A stretch of 9,090 bases of DNA from Octopus sinensis (taxonomy: Eukaryota), in assembly GCF_006345805.1 (NCBI RefSeq), contig NW_021828113.1, positions 1 through 9,090 of the forward strand. Direction: 5' to 3'. Position 1 is the first letter of the stretch. Each line of letters starts with the position of its first letter. Under the pieces are notes generated by a model that saw only the letters and a program-made list of their open reading frames with translations, was not told the DNA's origin and did no database searches. Positions 1 through 7,002 of this stretch are shown here, piece after piece. Position numbers and translations under genes: made by a program.

Positions 1-357
1 CTGCTGCCGCATCCGTGTCTCCTGTCGTGAGGTAGGTTCATCTGGGACTCCCGACAAGAGAGATCCAGTTTAGTTTAAGAAACCCACATCCACACCATGT
101 AAGTCTCTCAGGCATTTAGGGAGGATGTTAAAGAGCTGTGGTCCTCTGAAACCCAAGCTGTTGCAGTATCTGGACCTGTATTTTGATGGTGATGTTGGAA
201 TCCTTGGCACCATGCAGTGGCGCCCTGTTCTGCGGTTGGGGTAAGTTTGAATGCCAAAGTTTGGGACAAGACCCTCCAGGATTTTCCAGATGTATATCAC
301 CGCATATCTCTCTCGCCTTCGCTCTAGGGAGAAGAGGTTTAATACCTTCAGTCTTTC

Positions 358-1340
358 TCAGTAGCTGATATTTTGCATTGAGACGATTTTCTTTGTGTAG
401 CTTCTCTGAGTTGCTTCGAGTTCTGCTGTTAGTTTTATATTGTGTGGTGACCACAGTTGGGAGCAGTAGTCCAAGCGGATGAGGACGAATGTTTTCCATA
501 GGACCATCAGTGTCTCCTTCTCTCTTGTTCTGAAATTTCGGAGAATCCATCCAGCTAGCCGTCTGCATTTTATCACCAGATTAGCAATATGCACTTGGAA
601 AGATGCATCATTGCTCATGTCAATGCCCAGGTCACGCACTGATTTTGACTCAGAGATTGCAATTCTTCCTGGGCCAGTGTATCGAGTCTTCACGTCGTTT
701 ACATTTGTGTGCCAGTAGTGCAGGGCCTGGAACTTACCTGCATTAAACTGCATGTTGTTGTCCTCAGCCCACCTGTATATTGTGTCCAGCTCCTGTTGCA
801 GATGCACAATATTTTCAGGGTTTTGTATTGCGTGGGAGACTTTTGTGTCATCTGCATAGCTAGCAAGGGTGGTCATCGTAGCAACTGAAGGCATATCTGA
901 AAGGGCCACTATGAACATCAGTGGCCCCAAGACAGTGCCCTGTGGGACACCGCTTGTTATTTGCGTTTCCTTAGAGGTTGCTCCATTGCTCACAACTGCC
1001 GGTTTTCTGTGTTTTAGGAAGTTGTGCAGCCACTCTCCAAGTTTTCCGCCTATGCCGAGACCACGCAGTTTGTGACAGATCATACCATGGTCGACCTTAT
1101 CAAAGGCTTTTGCAAAGTCGAGATATATTACATCCACATTTGAGCCATTAGTAGCTGTTTCAAACACCAGTCATAGTGTTGCAGGAGCTTTGTTAGGCAG
1201 CCTCTACCTGGTCGAAATCCATGCTGGGTGTCAGACAGCAAGTCATTTTCTTCAAGGAACATGATTAGTTTCTTACGGACTATTCGTTCCATGACTTTGC
1301 TGATGTGTGAGGTCAGAGAGATAGGCCTATAATTTTTAGC
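358..1340 (-). pseudogene. ORF2 reverse transcriptase domain of CR1 copy A (frameshifted near 1148 and 1357; TGA at 358-360 where Trp is expected)
   Basis: ORF 358..1167 (269 aa) carries LDFAKAFD, GVPQGTVLGP and YADD (847-858). NYRPISL lies at 1314-1334 in the adjacent frame. Confidence 0.93.
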
Positions 1341-2201
1341 ATCTGCTCTGCTACCTCCTTATGGATAGGGCATATTACCCCCTCTTTCAATTTGACTGGG
1401 AGCTTACCACTTGCAAGAAAGCTCTGAAAAAGAAAGCTGTAGCGGTTTTGCAAGGGCTTGTTTGCACGATTTGAGAAGGATCGCTGGAATCCATCAGGTC
1501 CAGCAGCTGAGTTGTGTCAATCTCATCAATGGCTAGTGTGATATCATCATCTTCGATGTTGATGTACTCAATTTTTGTCTCTTTGGCCGCAGGTAAAGTG
1601 GCAAAGAATTCTTCTGGGTTGTTTACTTGCCTGTGTCCTAGAGGTGTAGTGAACACACTTTGGAACTGTTCGTTCAGTATTTCACTTATCCTCGTGGGAT
1701 TTCCTGTGAGAGAGCCATCTTTTGGAAGAGAGGTCCTATTCTCTGGTGCACTGGCTGTCTCTTTGGCAAACTTAAAGAAAGCTTTAGGGTTTGATTTTCT
1801 ATTTTCTATTACCCAAGCTTCTTTATCTGCTCTCTCCTTTTCATGGGACTGATGTAGACTTTTCTCAGTTTCCATTAGCATTCTTTCGAGCCGAGACTTC
1901 TCATCACTTTTAGTGTGCTTGCTCAGGCGGTTCACAATCCTTGTCCGTCGTCTCATAAGAATCCTCCTTTCTCTAGGGATCCTGTTTTTGTTCTTGTGTG
2001 TGCTGGCCCTGCACATTGGGACATATTTGTCACATATGGCTTGTATTATGGACATGAAGTGTTTGTGTTTCATGTTTATGTCCGGTGTGGAGAGACATTC
2101 AGGCCAATCCTGTTTGAGGATCTCTTCCTCAATCAACTTCCAGTTGGCTTTATGAAAGTTTAAGTTGGAGAGATGGTGGATGCTTCGTATAGGCTGTGTG
2201 T
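1341..2201 (-). pseudogene. ORF2 endonuclease-RT linker region of CR1 copy A (several frameshifts)
   Basis: ORF 1387..2136 plus adjacent frames give LSNLNFHKANWKLIEEEI, NPKAFFKFAK, ISEILNEQFQSVFT and SAAGPDGF...LLKSCK...LAKPL, typical of LINE ORF2 linkers. Confidence 0.85.
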
Positions 2202-2229
2202 CTACGGGGCTTTTGTTCCATACATAGAC

Positions 2230-2476
2230 AGCTCTATTATGTTGTGATCCGAGATCATTGTCGGCATCACATTAACATTATGGATATATCCATATTGTTG
2301 TGAAGCAGAGATCCAGTATATTATCTGCCCTTGTGTTTGCAGAACTGTTTGCTCCATGAAAGAGGCCTTTGTGAGATGGAGCAGGGATCCCACCTGTGCC
2401 GCTGATGATGTTTCATCCCTGGGAGCATCTGCCCCCAGGCCATTCCACATTGGGGAGGTTAAAGAAAGAAGTCACC
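2230..2476 (-). pseudogene. C-terminal half of the AP-like endonuclease of CR1 copy A
   Basis: GDF..N motif at about 2456-2476 (interrupted by 7 extra bases), TRADNILDLCFT at about 2297-2335, and catalytic SDH at 2244-2252. Confidence 0.85.
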
Positions 2477-2477
2477 A

Positions 2478-2485
2478 TATATGTA

Positions 2486-2550
<65 letters not shown>

Positions 2551-2652
2551 TATGTATATATATATATATGTCTATATATATATATGTCTATATATATATA
2601 TATGTATATATATATATCTATGTAATATACATATGTATATATATATATATGT

Positions 2653-2702
<50 letters not shown>

Positions 2703-2955
2703 GATTATATGTATATATATATATATGTATATATATATATGTATATATATATAATGTATATATATATATAGTATATATAGCGATATATATATATATGTAT
2801 ATATATATTGTATGTATATATATATGTATGTATATATATATGTATGTATATATAGGTGTATATTATAATATGTATATATCTATATGTGTAATATATATAT
2901 GTATATATATATATATGTATTATTATATATATGTATATATAATATGTTATATATA

Positions 2956-2997
<42 letters not shown>

Positions 2998-2999
2998 CG

Positions 3000-3051
<52 letters not shown>

Positions 3052-3089
3052 TTGTAATATATATATATATATATATGTATACTATAATC

Positions 3090-3145
<56 letters not shown>

Positions 3146-3160
3146 ATATATATATATATA
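2478..3160. repeat. Degenerate (TA)n microsatellite, about 680 bp, interrupted mainly by G (TATG-type units)
   Basis: Directly visible. It is the source of the spurious YI-repeat ORFs. Confidence 0.99.
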
Positions 3161-3257
3161 CTTTATTTTAAGCAGCAGAAAATTTATGCTTATTACTCAC
3201 CATGGTATTTGAGTACTCTTTTTTCCACCTTGTTTCACATTTATGTGTACTCCGGTC
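3161..3257. other. Short non-microsatellite island, unclassified (possibly a fragment of an interspersed repeat)
   Basis: About 97 bp of complex AT-rich sequence between two (TA)n tracts. No recognisable coding motif. Confidence 0.4.
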
Positions 3258-3269
3258 TTATATATATAA

Positions 3270-3323
<54 letters not shown>

Positions 3324-3376
3324 TAATATATGTATATATGAATATATATATATATGTCAGTATTATATATATATAT
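3258..3376. repeat. Degenerate (TA)n microsatellite, about 120 bp
   Basis: Directly visible. Confidence 0.97.
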
Positions 3377-3714
3377 TGTTGTTGTTTTGTCTCATTTGGT
3401 CTAAAGTCGTATGACAACCACCATTATATATATTTTGTTTATTCATTACTGTTTTCAATTTCGTTTTCGTCTCTTGTATTTACATCCGTCTTGTGCGTTC
3501 ACATTCCTGTCTTCTACCAAGAAATTTAATGCTTACAGCTTAGTTTTTTTCTTGGGGCTGGCTGAGTTGGAGCAAATATCAGAATTGAACAGCCGAAATT
3601 TGCTATGATGATTCGGTGTCTGACTGAAGATTGAAGGCTTCCAATGATTTGTCTGTGTTCCGTGTTCGTCCCTTCCTGTATTTCACGTTCATTATATAAA
3701 AAAACATTCATTCT
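3377..3714. other. Non-microsatellite island, unclassified; T-rich on the + strand with a more GC-balanced, potentially structured core at about 3555-3660
   Basis: Complex sequence between (TA)n tracts. The short ORFs here (61-65 aa) show no recognisable domain. Confidence 0.4.
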
Positions 3715-3845
3715 TATATATATATGTATATATATAATATGTATATATATATATATATATATATATTAGTATAATAGATATATATATATTGTATATAGAT
3801 ATATATATATGTATATATATATATGTTATATATATTATATATATG

Positions 3846-3882
<37 letters not shown>

Positions 3883-3898
3883 TATGTATATATTATAT

Positions 3899-3978
<80 letters not shown>

Positions 3979-4072
3979 TTATATATATATATATAATATA
4001 TATATATATATGTATATAATATTATAGATATATATATTATGTATATATCTATATATATATGTATATTATATA

Positions 4073-4137
<65 letters not shown>

Positions 4138-4182
4138 TATATATATATATATATGTTATATGTTATATATATATGTATATAT
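3715..4182. repeat. Degenerate (TA)n microsatellite, about 470 bp
   Basis: Directly visible. Confidence 0.99.
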
Positions 4183-5380
4183 ACTCAGCTCCTACAACAC
4201 TAGACTGGGTGCTGAAACGGCTGCTAACCACTCAAATGTGGAAGTGATATATCTCGACTTTGCAAAGGCCTTTGATAAAGTCGATCATGGAATGATATGT
4301 CACAAACTGCGTGATCTCAACATAGTTGGAAAACTGGGAGAATGGCTTCATGACTTTCTGAAAGATAGAAGTCAGGTGGTAGTAGCCCAATTAAACGCAA
4401 ATAGTGAGCGGTGTTCCGCAGGGCACTGTTCTGGGACCACTACTGTTCATAATGGCCCTCTCAGACATGCCCTCAGCCACGCAGAGAGCCACGATCACAA
4501 GTTATGCAGATGATACAAAAGTTTCACGGGCAATACAGAACCCTGAGGACACTAAACACCTGCAATGTGAGCTGGACAAAATACACAAGTGGGCTGAAAA
4601 GAATAGCATGCAGTTCAATGCTGAAAAGTTTCAAGCTCTATACTATCAGCATGCAAAACTAAATGCAATACTCAATGAATACACTGGACCCGGAGGAATA
4701 GCAATCCCAGAGGCACAATCAGTGCGTGACCTAGGTATTTACATGAGTGATGATGCGACCTTTCGTGTACATGTTGCTAAATTGGCAATGAAACGTAGAC
4801 GACGGCCGGATGGATCCTCAGAACCTTTAGAACAAGAGAACAAGAAACCATGATGGTCCTCTGGAGGACACTTGTCCTAAGCCACTTTGACTACTGCTCT
4901 CAGTTATGGTCACCATCCAGTGTCAAGTTAATCACAGAGCTCGAGGCGATCCAACGTAGCTACACGAAGAGGATAGCCTCTATGCAGAATGTAAGCTATG
5001 GGAAAGACTCAAGAGATTAAAAACTATATTCCCTGGAGCGTAGGCGGGGGAAAGATATGCCATAACTACATCTGGAAGATCCTGAGGGACGTGTCCTAAA
5101 CTTTGCATCGAGAGTTACGCAAATGCCAGAACTGGGCGCCACTGCGTGGGCCTAGGACTCCAAACTTGCCATCAAGATGTAGGACAAGATTCTGTGATAG
5201 CCTGGGCTTCGAGGCCCACAGCTCTTCAATCCTCCCGAAGAACTGAGAGACCTGCATGGGGTGGATGCAGATGTCGTTAAAATGAAGCTGGATCTCTTCC
5301 TGTCAGGTGTCCCAGATGAACCAACTTCACGGCAGGAGGGGCAGATGAGGGCAGCTGCATCGAACTCTCTCATGCACTAA
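4183..5380 (+). pseudogene. Partial ORF2 (RT and C-terminal domain) of CR1 copy B; multiple frameshifts and a ~13-15 bp deletion near 4385
   Basis: ORF fragments 4076..4513 and 4404..4853 contain RT motifs in successive frames. Alignment to copy A shows the small deletion. Confidence 0.9.
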
Positions 5381-5458
5381 ATGGCAGTGCTAGAAAGCTT
5401 TCGTGAAGTGAAACCAAGTAGCAGTAGCAACACCAAATGGCGGAGCCCAGCATGGCCG

Positions 5459-5472
5459 CAGCTCATAAGCTG
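5459..5472 (+). other. Candidate 3'-terminal stem-loop of CR1 copy B (CAGCT-CATA-AGCTG)
   Basis: Perfect 5-bp stem with a 4-nt loop, about 9 nt from the element end. 3' stem-loops are known RT-recognition signals in CR1/L2-group LINEs. Confidence 0.5.
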
Positions 5473-5481
5473 AAACTAGAA

Positions 5482-5543
5482 TATATATATATATGTATAT
5501 ATGTATATATATGTGTTATATGTATATATATGTATATATGTAT

Positions 5544-5583
<40 letters not shown>

Positions 5584-5750
5584 TATAGATATATATAGAT
5601 ATATATATATATATGTATATATGTAGATTATATATAATATATGTATATATGTAGGATATATATATAATATAGATATATATGTATATATGTATATATATAT
5701 ATAATATATATATATAATAGATATGTATATATGTATATAGTATATATATA

Positions 5751-5828
<78 letters not shown>

Positions 5829-5880
5829 ATATATATGTATATATATATATATATATAAATGTATATATGTATATATATAT
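5482..5880. repeat. Degenerate (TA)n microsatellite, about 400 bp, between the 3' ends of CR1 copy B and the RTE element
   Basis: Directly visible. Confidence 0.99.
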
Positions 5881-5881
5881 C

Positions 5882-5907
5882 TCATCATCATCATCATCAT
5901 CATCATC
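5882..5907 (-). repeat. (GAT)8 trinucleotide 3' tail of the RTE element ((TCA)8 on the + strand)
   Basis: Eight perfect units immediately after the RTE 3' UTR. RTE-clade elements typically end in short tandem repeats rather than poly(A). Confidence 0.9.
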
Positions 5908-6055
5908 GTTAAATGTCCGTTTTTCCCGCGCTAGCACGGTTGGACGGTTCGACCGGGGTCTGGGAAGCCAGGGGCCGCTCCAGGCTCCAGTCTGATTTGG
6001 CAGAGTTTTAGGCTGGATGCCCTTCCTAACGCCAACCTCTGTGAGAGGATTGGGT

Positions 6056-6130
6056 GCTTTTTACGTGCCACCTGCACAGGGCCGGGGAGTCCGGCATTGG
6101 TCGCGATCGGTTCGAGCTTTTAACGTGCCA
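6056..6130. repeat. 15-bp imperfect direct repeat, period 60 (GCTTTTTACGTGCCA / GCTTTTAACGTGCCA)
   Basis: Copies at 6056-6070 and 6116-6130, one mismatch. Confidence 0.9.
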
Positions 6131-6152
6131 GCGGAACGGGCGGGCAACTGGG

Positions 6153-6184
6153 TCCGGGGTACTTTGGGGATCCGGGGTACTTTG
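6153..6184. repeat. 14-bp perfect direct repeat, period 18 (TCCGGGGTACTTTG)
   Basis: Copies at 6153-6166 and 6171-6184. Confidence 0.95.
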
Positions 6185-6864
6185 AATGGGTAGGGGGTAT
6201 GTGGAATTGCTGCAGAAAGCAGCCCGGGTCTTTGCAGTCACAGCATATCTCCAGAGATCTCGGTCTTTCGCCATTGCTCAGTGAGGCCCAATGCTCTGAG
6301 GTCATGCTTGACTACCTCATCCCATGTCTTCCTGGGTCTACCTCTCCCCTGATACCTTCAACTGTTTGGGAGTGGCACTTCTTCACACATCTCTCTTCAT
6401 CCATCCGCAGCACATGACCATACCATCGCAAGCGTCGCTCTTGCACACCACATCTGATGCTTCTTATATCCAGCATTTCTCTTAGGATGCTTACACTCTG
6501 TCTTGCGTGCACACTGACACTACACATCCAGCGGATCATGCTAGCTTCATTTCTTTCAAGTCTACGCATGTCCTCTGCAGTCACTGCCCATGTTTCATTA
6601 CCGTGAAGCATGGCAGTTCGCACACATGCATCATACAATCTACCTTTCGCTCTGAGGGAGAGAGAGACCTTTTTGCCAGTAGGGTAGGAGCTTTCTGAAC
6701 TTTGCCCAGGCTATTCGTATTCTAGTGGTGATACTCTCTGTGCATCCACCTCCGCTACTAACTTGGTCACCCAGGTAGCGGAAACTATCAACTACTTCTA
6801 GTTTCTCTCCCTGGAGTGTGATGGAATCTGTTTTCTGAGTGTCTGTTGTGTCTATTGTCCCTGT

Positions 6865-7002
6865 GCATCTGCCGCACATGAAAGCTATCTTATCTGTTAA
6901 TTTCCCTTTAATGTTGCTGACCATCTTATGTGTCCATAACTTACAATGGGTGCATCTTATGGAGTTTCTACATGTACCTTTCCTACAGATTGAGCAGGGC
7001 CA
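6865..7002 (-). other. PHD-type zinc finger (C4HC3 pattern, 7 of 8 ligands present) inserted within the RTE RT domain
   Basis: Single frame: WPCSICRKGTCRNSIRCTHCKLWTHKMVSNIKGKLTDKIAFMCGRC = C-x2-C-x10-C-x2-C-x4-H-x2-(V, Cys expected)-x14-C-x2-C. Confidence 0.78.

Larger units (their letters stand above)
1..2477 (-). mobile_element. CR1-group non-LTR retrotransposon (LINE), copy A; 5'-truncated within the endonuclease, 3' end runs off the left edge of the window
   Basis: Minus-strand translation across frameshifts gives, in order: [23 protein letters not shown] and ISDHN (APE); NYRPISLTSHISKVMERIV, QHGFRPGRGCL, VIYLDFAKAFDKVDHG, SGVPQGTVLGP, YADDTK, RDLGI and LDYCSQLWSP (RT); GPQLFNILPKCLRD and VPDEP (CR1-type C-terminus). 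Clade assignment is from motif recognition, not phylogeny. Confidence 0.92.
4183..5481 (+). mobile_element. CR1-group LINE, copy B; 5'-truncated within RT, apparently retaining its 3' end
   Basis: Begins abruptly at (T)QLLQH, then VIYLDFAKAFDKVDHG, SGVPQGTVLGP, YADDTK (YADD 4503-4514), RDLGI, FDYCSQLWSP, VPDEP and RAAASNSL. Colinear with the reverse complement of 1-1190. Ends ...CCCAGCATGGCCGCAGCTCATAAGCTGAAACTAGA before (TA)n. Confidence 0.92.
5908..6223 (-). other. 3' UTR (or C-terminal extension plus UTR) of the RTE element; GC-rich with internal direct repeats
   Basis: Lies between the end of recognisable RTE coding similarity (AKTR, about 6224) and the (GAT)8 tail. Confidence 0.75.

Noticed and set aside
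183-2163. Plus-strand ORFs of 61-112 aa opposite CR1 copy A
   Set aside because: Antisense shadows of the LINE ORF2 with no recognisable domains.
2396-3304. 302-aa ORF and overlapping 63-96 aa ORFs rich in Tyr-Ile repeats
   Set aside because: Translation of (TA)n, which lacks stops in some frames. No coding signal.
3624-3650. Canonical hammerhead using CTGAAGA followed by the ATTG...CAAT hairpin as stem II
   Set aside because: No GAAA follows the hairpin (TGATT instead) and the conserved G-C closing pair is missing. Only the non-canonical arrangement is kept, as a weak finding.
3789-4247. YI-repeat ORFs, including the N-terminal part of 4076..4513
   Set aside because: Microsatellite translation. 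The 4076..4513 ORF merely runs by chance from the tract into the truncated RT.
5381-5473. Frame stays open 30 codons after the TAA at 5378-5380, suggesting CR1 ORF2 originally ran to the 3' end
   Set aside because: An open stretch of 30 codons has roughly a 1 in 4 chance probability, and the homologous part of copy A is outside the window, so it cannot be tested here.
1-5481. Single element with a 5' inversion (twin priming), or a recent local inverted duplication
   Set aside because: The two arms cover the same part of ORF2 and differ by about 15% with a synonymous bias, so they are independent insertions.
5476-5995. ORFs with poly-Asp, poly-Met or poly-Ser followed by YI repeats
   Set aside because: These are the three readings of the (GAT)8 LINE tail plus the (TA)n tract, not proteins.
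6062-6128. ACGTG (hypoxia-response-element or E-box-like core) present twice
   Set aside because: A 5-6 bp motif is expected by chance, and its duplication is already explained by the 60-nt-period repeat. No regulatory evidence.
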